From positions 9,263-73,262 of the IMG/VR virus record IMGVR_UViG_3300032323_003671: 64,000 nucleotides of DNA; one strand, given 5' to 3'. Of the stretch, positions 38,017 through 47,744 are shown piece by piece. The DNA comes from a virus. The notes below the pieces were generated by a model. It saw nothing but the letters and a program-made list of their open reading frames with translations. It did no database searches and was not told where the DNA came from. The position numbers and the translations under genes were made by a program. Each line of letters starts with the position of its first letter. Positions within the stretch are counted from its first letter, which is position 1.

Positions 38017-38232
38017 ATGAAATTAATTCAAGATTCAACAGCGAAAATTAAAGCAAATCCTATCTCTTCTGTAGTAGGTGGTGTAGCAGGTTTTTACGTA
38101 ACTCGTAAATATATCTCTACAAAATGGTGGGCTTTAAGTCTTGGTGCAGTAGTTGGTTTAGTTGGTGGTGCAATGACAGGAAGTGCTATTGCAGCAAAAT
38201 CAACAACTCCAAAAGCAGCAGACGTAAAATAA
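38017..38232 (+). CDS. small glycine-zipper membrane protein
   Basis: Two Gly-rich hydrophobic helices; ATG 38017 preferred. Confidence 0.7.
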   Translation: MKLIQDSTAKIKANPISSVVGGVAGFYVTRKYISTKWWALSLGAVVGLVGGAMTGSAIAAKSTTPKAADVK

Positions 38233-38333
38233 GAAAAACGTCTTTCTTAGATCTTTAAGGGCAAAGAATCCAATATGTCAATGTATAGTGGTTAATAGCA
38301 CCTTTGCCCTTATTTCTTATTTAATTTCTGTTT

Positions 38334-40862
38334 ATGTCAAGTAGGTCATTTGGTTTTTCTGGTGGAAATAGTGGCAGTGGCCCAGTTCCTCCAGGTGGTG
38401 TAGTAATATTAGGTGCAGGTGCAGGATCATCCGAAAGATGTGGTAATAGTAATTCCGCATCGGGTGCTTATGCAACTGGATTAGGTCGTTGTAATAATGC
38501 CTCAGGAGATTTTTCAACTATCAGTGGCGGTTATTCTCATTCTGCTAGTGGATGCTATGCTACAATCAGTGGCGGTTACAATAATAATGCTAGTGCCTAT
38601 TCAACTACAGTTGGAGGTGGTGCATTTAACACTTCATCAGCATTTGGTTCAACTGTATCAGGAGGAAGGGCAAACACAGCGAGTTCTTTGTATGGATACA
38701 TAGGTGCTGGTTTTGCGAATACTGTATCAGGAAACTATGCCTTAATAAGTGGCGGTAAATTTAATACATCTAGCTGTTATGCATCGGTTGTTGCAGGTGG
38801 ATATGGTAACGATGCTACAAATTGTTTTTCTGCAATAGGTGGCGGTTTAGACAACACATCTTCTGGTTGCGTTTCATTTGTTGGTGGCGGTAAACAAAAT
38901 AGTGCCAGTGGTCAATATAGTACTATTAGTGGTGGTTACAATAATAACTCTAATTGTTATTCTTCTTCAGTAAATGGTGGTGCATTTAACACTGCAAATT
39001 CTTTTTATTCAGTTGCAACTGGTGGTAGAGGAAATACAGCTTCTGGTTTTTCAGCTACAGTTAGTGGATATTTTAATACATCCTCAAATGACTATGCTGT
39101 TGTATCTGGTGGTGCATTTAATACATCGAATGGAGTTCTATCCGCAATATTAGGAGGTTTACAAAATACAGCATGTGCAAATTATTCGGTTATAACTGGC
39201 GGTAGACAGAATGGTGCAAATGGAGGATATTCATTTATAGGCAGCGGAAGACAAAATACAACCAGTGGTGATTATTCAGTAGTAACTGGTGGAACTTTAA
39301 ATCGTGCAACTGCTAATTGTAGTGCTGTAGTTGGTGGTGCATTTAATTGTGCTTCTGCAGACTTCGCATTTATTGGTGGCGGTGGACGGAATACGATATC
39401 TGCTTTTCAATCAACTATTTCAGGAGGTTATTGCAATAATATATGTTCTGGTTCTCAATGGTCTACAATTGCAGGCGGTTGTTGCAATTTAGTTGATCCT
39501 AATTCATCAGTTTCAACAATTGGTGGGGGTTCATGTAATGAAACAGGTAATGCTTATTCAACAATAAGTGGAGGATACAAAAACTTTGCGTTTGGTATTT
39601 ATTCAAAAATTGGTGGTGGTAGACAAAATAGTGCCAGTGGTCAATATAGTACTATTGGTGGCGGTGGTGGTAATCCTGTTATTGGTTACGGAGGCAACGC
39701 AGCCTTTGGTGGTCATTCAACTATTGGTGGAGGACATAGTAACAGTACTTCAGGATATTATGCTACCATTGGAGGTGGTTATTGTAACCAAGCAACAACT
39801 ACTTCAGCAACAATAAATGGCGGTAATCGAAATACAGCCTCTTCCTACGCATCATTTATTGGTAGTGGTACTCGGAACACAGCATCGGGAGATAATTCTA
39901 TTGTGGTTGGTGGTTTTCTAAATCAATCTACTGGTGAGCAAGCTAGTATAGTTGGGGGTAGATTTAATTCTGCAACAAGCCCATATAGTTCAATTGTTAA
40001 TGGTTTAGCAAATTCAATTCAAACTACAGACCCTAATTTCCTTGGTGGTAATTACTATTCTCATATTAGTTCAGGTTGTTGTAATACAATATGTACATTT
40101 ATAAATGATTCAAATCCTCTATTACTTAATAGTTATTATGATTCTTCTTTTATTGGAGGTGGTAGAAATAATATAATTCGTAACACAATTAGCTCATATT
40201 ATGGAAGTTGTTTTAATACTTTTTCTTTATCTCATGTCATTTCTGGAGGTAATTTAAATAGAATTGATATTAATACACTTCCGTTTCTTGGAAATTTTAG
40301 ATATTATCCATCTACAATATCAGGTGGATATAATAACATTATCCAAATGCCTAATTTTGGTATTTTAAATGGATCTACAATTGGTGGTGGATTATGTAAC
40401 TCAATTGATTCTGCTTCTTATGCTACAATTGGAGGTGGTAGATCTAATTGTATGAGTTATATAATGGGATCTCCTGACTATTCAACAATATCAGGTGGTT
40501 ATGCCAATTCTTCTGTTAATTCTTGTAATGCTATTTCAGGTGGTGCATTCAACACAATTTCAGGAAGTAGATCAGTAATTGGTGGAGGTAATAATAATAC
40601 AATTTCAGCATATACAAGTTTTATCGGTGGTGGTGTTATTAATACAATTTCAGGAACATACTTATCTGGTATCTTAGGTGGTGGATTTAACACAATTAGT
40701 GGTTACAATAATGCTTTTATAGTTGGTTCAAATATTGTAGCTGATAGATCATGTACAACATTTGTGAATAACCTTTCAATAAAAAATATTCCAACAAGTG
40801 CTGCTGGTTTACCTTCAGGATCAGTATGGGCAAATGGTACTATTTTAGAAATTGTACCGTAA
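38334..40862 (+). CDS. Gly-rich repeat fibre/adhesin (YadA-head-like beta-roll)
   Basis: Dozens of ~14-aa S.I.GG..N.AS repeats, Cys-rich. Confidence 0.75.
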   Translation: MSSRSFGFSGGNSGSGPVPPGGVVILGAGAGSSERCGNSNSASGAYATGLGRCNNASGDFSTISGGYSHSASGCYATISGGYNNNASAYSTTVGGGAFNTSSAFGSTVSGGRANTASSLYGYIGAGFANTVSGNYALISGGKFNTSSCYASVVAGGYGNDATNCFSAIGGGLDNTSSGCVSFVGGGKQNSASGQYSTISGGYNNNSNCYSSSVNGGAFNTANSFYSVATGGRGNTASGFSATVSGYFNTSSNDYAVVSGGAFNTSNGVLSAILGGLQNTACANYSVITGGRQNGANGGYSFIGSGRQNTTSGDYSVVTGGTLNRATANCSAVVGGAFNCASADFAFIGGGGRNTISAFQSTISGGYCNNICSGSQWSTIAGGCCNLVDPNSSVSTIGGGSCNETGNAYSTISGGYKNFAFGIYSKIGGGRQNSASGQYSTIGGGGGNPVIGYGGNAAFGGHSTIGGGHSNSTSGYYATIGGGYCNQATTTSATINGGNRNTASSYASFIGSGTRNTASGDNSIVVGGFLNQSTGEQASIVGGRFNSATSPYSSIVNGLANSIQTTDPNFLGGNYYSHISSGCCNTICTFINDSNPLLLNSYYDSSFIGGGRNNIIRNTISSYYGSCFNTFSLSHVISGGNLNRIDINTLPFLGNFRYYPSTISGGYNNIIQMPNFGILNGSTIGGGLCNSIDSASYATIGGGRSNCMSYIMGSPDYSTISGGYANSSVNSCNAISGGAFNTISGSRSVIGGGNNNTISAYTSFIGGGVINTISGTYLSGILGGGFNTISGYNNAFIVGSNIVADRSCTTFVNNLSIKNIPTSAAGLPSGSVWANGTILEIVP

Positions 40863-40873
40863 AACATTGTATA

Positions 40874-41338
40874 ATGAAACTAAGTAATAATTTTTGGTTA
40901 ATTGAATTCACTAGAAGTGATTTAGCTAAACGCCTTGGCATTAGTAATCAACCTACCAAAGCGCATTTAGAAAATATCAAATTACTTTGTGAAAAGGTTT
41001 TAGAACCGATTCGAGAACACTTTGATACTCCTATTTATATTAGTTCGGGATATAGATCGATAGAACTAAATAAGAAAACTCCTGGTGCATCTACTACTTC
41101 TCAACATTCAAGTGGAGAGGCAGCAGATATCGATATGGATGGTAGCATCATTTCAAATGCGGATGTCTTTAATTACATAAAAGAAAATCTAGAGTTTGAT
41201 CAACTTATCTGGGAATTTGGTACAGATACAAATCCTGATTGGGTTCATGTATCCTTTGAATCCTCAGGTAAACAACGTAAACAAATTCTTAAAGCGGTTA
41301 AATCAGGCGGAAAGAAATTTTATAGAAAGTTTAAATAA
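40874..41338 (+). CDS. M15A peptidase (endolysin)
   Basis: SSGYRS..LN, SQH..GEAADI, WVHVS; ATG 40874 preferred. Confidence 0.9.
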   Translation: MKLSNNFWLIEFTRSDLAKRLGISNQPTKAHLENIKLLCEKVLEPIREHFDTPIYISSGYRSIELNKKTPGASTTSQHSSGEAADIDMDGSIISNADVFNYIKENLEFDQLIWEFGTDTNPDWVHVSFESSGKQRKQILKAVKSGGKKFYRKFK

Positions 41339-41368
41339 AATACTACTTTTATGTTCAAATAATAAAAA

Positions 41369-41701
41369 ATGGCAAACGAAACTCAAACTTGGAACACTAT
41401 TCACATCTTTGGTTATGGTGAAACTCAAATCATCGGCAAAGATTTAAATAAAAAAGTACCTACATCTGTTTTGACTACAGTTCAAGCGGTTGTGGATAAT
41501 GTATATTCTTTCAAACCAGAAGGAAACACAGCGACAGAAGAATATCATGCTGTAAATATCTTTAACACTATGTTTGCTGATTGGCAAACAAAACAACAAG
41601 GCGTTCAGGGTTGGAGAGTTCAATATGCTGATCTTGATAGTGCGGCAATTGAAGCACTTGCAGCAGAAATCGTTGCATACGTAGCACCAGTTACAGAGTA
41701 A
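41369..41701 (+). CDS. hypothetical protein
   Basis: 110-aa ORF. Confidence 0.65.
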   Translation: MANETQTWNTIHIFGYGETQIIGKDLNKKVPTSVLTTVQAVVDNVYSFKPEGNTATEEYHAVNIFNTMFADWQTKQQGVQGWRVQYADLDSAAIEALAAEIVAYVAPVTE

Positions 41702-41726
41702 TAAACTACACATCAAATAAATAAGT

Positions 41727-42671
41727 ATGAAAAACATCATTTTCAAAATTGATGGTGGGATTGGTAAATCCATCATGGCAACTGCAGTTTGTGAGGCAAT
41801 TAAGAAACAATATCCAAACGATAAATTAATTGTTATCACAGCCTATCCAGACGTATTTCTTTGCAATCCAAATGTAGATAAGTGTTATACACATAACAAC
41901 TTATTCTACTTTTATCAGGATTTTGTAGACAATAAGTCTATTCGTGCATTCTTGCATGATCCTTATTTAGAGACATCTTTCATTAAAAGAGAGTGTCATT
42001 TAATTGAAACATGGTGTTCAATGTTTTCTATTAAATACAATGGAGAACAACCAAAATTATATTTGACTGATAGAGAGGTTAATTTCTATGCAAATCAATT
42101 TGCATCTGACAAGCCAATTTTCTTGATTCAAACAAATGGGGGTGGTGCAGAACAAGGAATTAAATATTCTTGGTCTAGAGACATTCCTCAACAAGCTGCA
42201 CAACAAATTGTCAATCATTATGCAAGTAATGGTTTCAATGTAGTGCATATTCGTAGAGAAGACCAATTAGCATTACAGAATACCACTCCAGTATCTGCAG
42301 ATTTTCGTGCAATTGCATCTTTGATAAAATTGTCAAGTGTTCGTCTATTCATGGATAGTTTTGCTCAACACGCAGCAGCAGCACTTGAATTACCAAGTAC
42401 TGTTCTTTGGATTGCAAATACTCCAGAACAATTTGGATACAATATCCATAGCAATATCATTGCGAACAAAGAAACTGCAACTCCAGAATTGAAAAATTCA
42501 GTATTTTCTAGATACAATATTGCAGGTGGCCTTTTAGAATTCCCATACAACTCTGAATCAGAAATTTTCGACTTAGAAAAAGTTGTAAAGTCTATCGATG
42601 ATTTTATCAATCCAGTAGAAACTGAAATTGAAGAAGTACAATTACCGAAGAAAAAATTAAATTCTAAATAA
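41727..42671 (+). CDS. GT9-like (GT-B) glycosyltransferase
   Basis: GGIGK.IMATAV..AIKKQYP, NPNVD, MDSF..HAAAAL.LPS.VLW. Confidence 0.75.
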   Translation: MKNIIFKIDGGIGKSIMATAVCEAIKKQYPNDKLIVITAYPDVFLCNPNVDKCYTHNNLFYFYQDFVDNKSIRAFLHDPYLETSFIKRECHLIETWCSMFSIKYNGEQPKLYLTDREVNFYANQFASDKPIFLIQTNGGGAEQGIKYSWSRDIPQQAAQQIVNHYASNGFNVVHIRREDQLALQNTTPVSADFRAIASLIKLSSVRLFMDSFAQHAAAALELPSTVLWIANTPEQFGYNIHSNIIANKETATPELKNSVFSRYNIAGGLLEFPYNSESEIFDLEKVVKSIDDFINPVETEIEEVQLPKKKLNSK

Positions 42672-42677
42672 TTCGTT

Positions 42678-43502
42678 ATGCCGAAAAAGATTTTTTTTCA
42701 GTCTAGCATGCCTAGATCGGGTTCTACTATTTTACAAAATATCGTAGGTCAAAATCCTAACTTTTATGTTACGCCAACATCAGGTGTTTTGGAATTAGTT
42801 TTTGGTGCTAGAGCCAACTATACAACTTCTCCAGAATTCAAAGCGCAAGATTCTGAATTGATGGCCAAAGCATTTAAGAATTTTTGTGTTCAAGGAATAA
42901 ATGGTTTTTACGATGGTATTACTGACAAACCTTATGTTTTAGACAAAAGCAGAGGTTGGGGAGTTTATCGACCTTTTTTAGATGAATTCTATCCTGATCC
43001 TAAAATCATTTGCATGGTTAGGGATTTAAGAAGTGTTTTGGCTTCTTATGAAAAAATATATCGAAAGTCTCAACTGAAACATGATCCTATTCGTGATGAT
43101 GCCTCAGCTAGGGGTACTACAGTACACAAACGTATTGATGAATGGGTAAATCCTCAGAATACGATTGGTCGTGCAGTAGAGCGTATTTTTGAAATGATTC
43201 GACTTGGATATGATGATAAGATTCTATTTGTAAAATTTGAGGATCTAGCACTTTATCCAGACTTGGAGATGAAACGTATCTATAACTACTTAGGTTTAGA
43301 TTATTTCGAACATGATTTTGATAATATTCAACAAATTACCAAAGAAGACGATGCAGTTTACGGACTGACATCCGATTTACATACAATTAAGCCAAGATTA
43401 GAACCTTTGAAAAAGGATTTCAAAGAAATTCTTGGTAAAGATATTTGTGATTGGATTCAAAATAATTATTCCTGGTATCAAGAAAAATTCAATTATAGAT
43501 AA
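42678..43502 (+). CDS. PAPS-dependent sulfotransferase
   Basis: 5'-PSB MPRSGST, DKSR, 3'-PB VRD.RSVLAS, VKFEDL. Confidence 0.9.
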   Translation: MPKKIFFQSSMPRSGSTILQNIVGQNPNFYVTPTSGVLELVFGARANYTTSPEFKAQDSELMAKAFKNFCVQGINGFYDGITDKPYVLDKSRGWGVYRPFLDEFYPDPKIICMVRDLRSVLASYEKIYRKSQLKHDPIRDDASARGTTVHKRIDEWVNPQNTIGRAVERIFEMIRLGYDDKILFVKFEDLALYPDLEMKRIYNYLGLDYFEHDFDNIQQITKEDDAVYGLTSDLHTIKPRLEPLKKDFKEILGKDICDWIQNNYSWYQEKFNYR

Positions 43503-43536
43503 TTACTATCTTTGAAAGAATTAAATACTTAACACT

Positions 43537-43803
43537 ATGGGAGTTTCTCAAAACATTTGGACATATAAATTATCAGCAGGTACATTGAACATTGATTCAA
43601 ACTATGGATTACTTGTAATTTCAATCATACTTGAATCTGGTACAGGTACAGTTACGGGGACTGCCCTTTTAAATGGTGTGGCATCAACTCCAATAGATCT
43701 TGCAGTAGGTGTTCCTTTGACTATTTCAACAGATGGAAACACAATTCTTGGAGACGTAAGTATTACTACAACAGGTGTAGTTTCTATTGTCGGTAGGTCT
43801 TAG
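43537..43803 (+). CDS. small beta-rich structural protein, paralog of 47744
   Basis: QNIWTY.L....IDS.YGL..IS..L.SG shared; TATCTTTG at 43507. Confidence 0.7.
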   Translation: MGVSQNIWTYKLSAGTLNIDSNYGLLVISIILESGTGTVTGTALLNGVASTPIDLAVGVPLTISTDGNTILGDVSITTTGVVSIVGRS

Positions 43804-43918
43804 TGGTTAATTTTGAACAATTTAATTTCTGAATATTTCAATTCAGATGCTTTCGTATTTTCTATATTTGAAGAATAAATGTATTGAATTGTTTATTAAT
43901 TAATTAAAACCGAAAAAA
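43801..43918 (+). promoter_or_regulatory. 118-bp promoter/leader element, copy 2
   Basis: Colinear with 37899-38016; TATATTTG at 43863. Confidence 0.75.
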
Positions 43919-44296
43919 ATGCCAACAGTACAAGGAACAAACTATCTTCGAGTAGCTACCACAGCAGTATTAGCAGATAGCACATACGATCTTACTTTGA
44001 AAGATAACAATGGTAACGTTTTCCCAAAAACAACCATTGAAATTAACACAACATTGGGTGATGGAGAGTTCAATCTTCCTTCAATTGCCTCTTTAGGTGC
44101 AGCAGCACAAAATTGTCAGGTAGTTATCGTAGTGGATAACTCTACAAATGATGTAATTGTTGATCCTGCATTAACCGATAAAATCGGTGGTTTAGCAGCA
44201 GGCGCACCATACACTATTGCGGCAGGTGCAGCAGGTCAAAATATAGTTCTATATCCAGTGGATGGAACTACATGGGGATTTGTTTACACAGCATAA
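43919..44296 (+). CDS. highly expressed beta-rich structural (decoration/spike-base) protein
   Basis: Own promoter and terminator; resembles N-terminal domain of 35044 (I..(D/N)TTLG......P). Confidence 0.6.
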   Translation: MPTVQGTNYLRVATTAVLADSTYDLTLKDNNGNVFPKTTIEINTTLGDGEFNLPSIASLGAAAQNCQVVIVVDNSTNDVIVDPALTDKIGGLAAGAPYTIAAGAAGQNIVLYPVDGTTWGFVYTA

Positions 44297-44316
44297 TCTA
44301 AACATTCTAGAAAGCA

Positions 44317-44346
44317 AAGGTAGGTAGCAGAAATGTTACCTACCTT
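44317..44346 (+). terminator. hairpin terminator
   Basis: AAGGTAGGTAGCA-GAAA-TGTTACCTACCTT. Confidence 0.7.
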
Positions 44347-44360
44347 ATAATTCATTTTAC

Positions 44361-45170
44361 ATGAAGAACAAGAACATTCTTACTATTGCAGGTATTTTGA
44401 TTGCTGGTTCGGCAATTTATTTTGGTATTAAATGGTATCAAAAAAATCAAGAAGAAAAAAATCAATTACCTAAGCCAGATCCAGTTGTTACTCCTTCTGG
44501 TAATGGTACGGATTTAGCTCCGAGCGATGTGGAAAATCCATTCTTAAATATTGACGAAGTAAAAGCGTTTCAAGATTGGATGGATGCAAAGCACCCTAAT
44601 TGGGTAAATGGTAAGAATTTAAATAAAGGTGCAGGATATGGTAATTTTGGCCCAGCTACAAAGGCAGCCTTTACTACTTATGGTGCTGAATACCTTAAAT
44701 CATTACAACCAGCACCTGCTCAATTGTCTGAGAATCAGAAAAAAGATATTCAGACTATCATGGCTCATGGAACTGGAGATAAATCAAAAGAATCATATTT
44801 AAAAGCAACAATTGCAAAGTATCCTAACTACACTGCTAATTGGGCTAATTCAATTCGTAGAAGAATAGAAACTAATGGCCAACAAGGAACAACTTTCCTT
44901 TTTGCTAATCAGATTTATGAATCTTTTTCTGGAAACAGAATCTATCGTGGCACTTTGCTAGGTAAAAAGCCAGAAGTAAAGGCTAACGCTAAATTGCGTA
45001 GAGAATCTAAATGGAATACAAGCACTCAACCTGTAGGTGTAGGTGCAGACTTAGGTAAAGTCAAAGGTTATTTTTACAATAAAAATGACAAGGCTTTATT
45101 TGTCTATGTTCCAGACCAAAATAAATCCCTAACAAATAAATGGATTTGGGTAGGATCAATAAAATTTTAA
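44361..45170 (+). CDS. membrane-anchored protein with peptidoglycan-binding-like domain
   Basis: N-terminal TM; VKAFQ.W...G.FGPATKAAF motif. Confidence 0.6.
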   Translation: MKNKNILTIAGILIAGSAIYFGIKWYQKNQEEKNQLPKPDPVVTPSGNGTDLAPSDVENPFLNIDEVKAFQDWMDAKHPNWVNGKNLNKGAGYGNFGPATKAAFTTYGAEYLKSLQPAPAQLSENQKKDIQTIMAHGTGDKSKESYLKATIAKYPNYTANWANSIRRRIETNGQQGTTFLFANQIYESFSGNRIYRGTLLGKKPEVKANAKLRRESKWNTSTQPVGVGADLGKVKGYFYNKNDKALFVYVPDQNKSLTNKWIWVGSIKF

Positions 45171-45171
45171 T

Positions 45172-45723
45172 ATGAGAGAGCAAGAAATTAGACCAGTTCG
45201 TTTTATGGTGGCCAATGGATTTTCTGAGTTACGTCCGCCAACAATTTATGGTGATGTATCTCCGATGTCCGCATTTGATGGAGAACCTATCAATGATACA
45301 GAATTCCCATTCACTGAGGAAATTATGCTTGAATTTTCAAATGCCGATGGTAAAGCTAGACGTGCTAAAAGACGTTCTGCTCGATCAGATAAAAAGCAAG
45401 GTAAGGCTAGTGCCAAAAAAGACCGCCAATCAGATAGATCAGCTGCTAGAAAACAGCGTGCTGATATTCGTGAAAGAAGAATGTCTTTGAAAGAAAAAGA
45501 ACAAGCAACACAAGCGGAAGTTGCTAAGAAAATCGGTGAACAATCTCCTGAAGAAATTGCTTTGATGAATCAAATTGCTAGTCAAGGTACTACCAAAAGT
45601 GAAACCGCACCAAAAGTAGGCATGAGTAAAGGTCTTAAAATTGGCCTTATTGCTGGATCCGTTGCTGTTTTGACAATTGTAGTCATTGCCATTGTTAAAT
45701 CCCGTAAAAAATCTAAAAAATGA
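45172..45723 (+). CDS. tail-anchored basic protein
   Basis: FSNADG, then Arg/Lys tract; C-terminal TM. Confidence 0.65.
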   Translation: MREQEIRPVRFMVANGFSELRPPTIYGDVSPMSAFDGEPINDTEFPFTEEIMLEFSNADGKARRAKRRSARSDKKQGKASAKKDRQSDRSAARKQRADIRERRMSLKEKEQATQAEVAKKIGEQSPEEIALMNQIASQGTTKSETAPKVGMSKGLKIGLIAGSVAVLTIVVIAIVKSRKKSKK

Positions 45724-46403
45724 TTGAAGTAAACACAGCTCGTCCAGTATATTCTAATGCTATAGGTGATAAATTAAAAAGATCACCAGAAAAAAAAGCC
45801 AAAACTCAGGAGAATAGAGCCGAACGTGCGGAAAAAAGAAGTGGTCGTAAGGCAAAAAGAAATGCCAAGAAACTTATCCGCATGGAAAATAAAGGCAAAA
45901 AGAAGTTTTTCTATCCTTTAACAAAGATTTTTGGCAAAAAGAAAAAGTACAAAGATGGATCAACAATTGAAGTTCCTGCCGAAAATACAGTTGTAGTTTC
46001 AACCAAAGATGGTAAAACAGCATCTTTGGATAAAACAGAGATTGCAAAAGCACTCAATATTCCTGAAAGCCAGGTTACGCCAGCAAAAGTTCAAGAAGTT
46101 GTTGTGAATGTACCACAAGCAAGTGCAGGCCCAGCAGCAAACGAAACAGGAACTCCAGTAGGTGAGCCAGTTCTTGCAATTCCAATAAAAGATGAAGATG
46201 TAATCATTACAGACGATGGTTCAGCGTATTTATCTGATGATACTCAATCTCAGGATGAAAAATTGAAAAATGTTGCCGATGATGATAAAGAAGCACAGAA
46301 AAAAATTAAAATCGGAAAAATTTTATTGATTTCTGGTGTTGTAATCGTTGTTTTAGGTGCAGTCGTTTACTTTATGAATAAAGATTCAAAAGCTGAAAAA
46401 TAA
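45720..46403 (+). CDS. tail-anchored basic protein
   Basis: MIEVNTARPVYSNAIG, then Lys/Arg tract; C-terminal TM. Confidence 0.65.
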   Translation: MIEVNTARPVYSNAIGDKLKRSPEKKAKTQENRAERAEKRSGRKAKRNAKKLIRMENKGKKKFFYPLTKIFGKKKKYKDGSTIEVPAENTVVVSTKDGKTASLDKTEIAKALNIPESQVTPAKVQEVVVNVPQASAGPAANETGTPVGEPVLAIPIKDEDVIITDDGSAYLSDDTQSQDEKLKNVADDDKEAQKKIKIGKILLISGVVIVVLGAVVYFMNKDSKAEK

Positions 46404-46406
46404 ATC

Positions 46407-46769
46407 ATGGGAAAAGAAAAAGATTTGTTGGGTAATCCATATAAGCAGTCTAATCCTACATTAAGTTTAGGATCAACATTAAGCATCAATACCCCTGCTC
46501 CAATCATCGGAACAAATGGTATTTCATACAAACCAGGTAAGTACACTACTCTTACAAATCCAGATTTAGGCAATCCTTTTAGAAAGAATCCATCAGGAAA
46601 AACAGATATGAGTTTAAAGAAACCTTCTGAAATGAAAATGGATCGCAAAAAATCTGAAACCACTGATCAAACTCAGTCAAATACAATGGGTAAAACTACT
46701 ACTTATGTAATCGTAGGGATACTTGCTGTAGTTGGAATTAGTTTATTATTAAGAACAAATAATGAATAA
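46407..46769 (+). CDS. tail-anchored membrane protein
   Basis: Two LGNP[YF] repeats; C-terminal TM. Confidence 0.6.
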   Translation: MGKEKDLLGNPYKQSNPTLSLGSTLSINTPAPIIGTNGISYKPGKYTTLTNPDLGNPFRKNPSGKTDMSLKKPSEMKMDRKKSETTDQTQSNTMGKTTTYVIVGILAVVGISLLLRTNNE

Positions 46770-46781
46770 ATTTATTGAAAC

Positions 46782-47228
46782 ATGGAAACTATGTTTTATT
46801 TTAGAATTCAAAGTCGTATGAAAATGACCATTTTTTTAACCATTATGTTCCCTCTAGTATCCATGTCATTTATTGCATCATATTGTTATGAAGCAACTTT
46901 ACTTTATTGGCAAGAATACTTTGCCCTATCGATGGCTATTGGTCTTGATGGATTTTTTGGGATGATTAATGGTATTAAGAAAGAAGGATTTAAATCTTTC
47001 AAGGCACTCAGAATCGGTAAATCATTCTTTTCTTGGAATCTTATTCTAACTTCAATACTCATTACACAAAAAGCGTTTCCAGCAGCGTCTTGGCTTGATG
47101 AGACTTTTATTATTCCAGTAATCAGCTTCTTACTTATTTCCACTATTAAAAATGCAAGTCAGGCAGGTTTTATTAAGGCCGAACTTGTAAACGTAATCAT
47201 GGAAAAAATTGACCAACATAAAAATTAA
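46782..47228 (+). CDS. putative holin
   Basis: Multiple TMs, D..FG...G.K, S.IKNA...G pattern of holin_4-like proteins. Confidence 0.6.
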   Translation: METMFYFRIQSRMKMTIFLTIMFPLVSMSFIASYCYEATLLYWQEYFALSMAIGLDGFFGMINGIKKEGFKSFKALRIGKSFFSWNLILTSILITQKAFPAASWLDETFIIPVISFLLISTIKNASQAGFIKAELVNVIMEKIDQHKN

Positions 47229-47231
47229 GCC

Positions 47232-47744
47232 ATGAAATTCGAAAAAAAATACGCTATTGGTGCAGCTATTGGACTTGTTTCTTTAACAGGTTTTTATCTC
47301 TATACTCAGATCATGAAAGTCTTAAACTATCGCTTGGATTTCAAGGGATTTAAGAACGTTTCTATCAATCAGAAAGGCATGTCCTTCACGATTGTATATG
47401 AGTATGAAAATAAAGCAAATATCAGCATCACTTTGGCAGAACAAAAGTATGAAGTGTATATTGATGGAGTGTATATTACGACATTGACAAACTTTGCACC
47501 AAATACTTTGTCGGGAAGCAAGCCTTCTCTTATTGAGGTGAATGTAAATCTTACGCTTGACGAACTCAAAAAAGTAAAATTACCTTGGGCTAGATTACTT
47601 CTTAAACCAGGTGAAGTTGAAGTAACCAATGTAATGCGTTGGAAAGTCAAATATGGCATTTTGAAAATTCCTTACAAATACACTTACAAAGTTTCTTTAA
47701 AAGAAATCATCGGATGGTACGTTCCGATTGTCAATAAGCTCTAA
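47232..47744 (+). CDS. LEA_2/WHy-like membrane-anchored protein
   Basis: N-terminal TM; EN.ANISI.L....Y.VYIDG pattern. Confidence 0.55.
   Translation: MKFEKKYAIGAAIGLVSLTGFYLYTQIMKVLNYRLDFKGFKNVSINQKGMSFTIVYEYENKANISITLAEQKYEVYIDGVYITTLTNFAPNTLSGSKPSLIEVNVNLTLDELKKVKLPWARLLLKPGEVEVTNVMRWKVKYGILKIPYKYTYKVSLKEIIGWYVPIVNKL

Noticed and set aside
10648-47659. Numerous short antisense or alternate-frame ORFs in the track (e.g. 10648, 12978, 19519, 24323, 25264, 41444, 47369)
   Set aside because: They overlap longer, motif-bearing genes and show no recognisable features; treated as shadow ORFs
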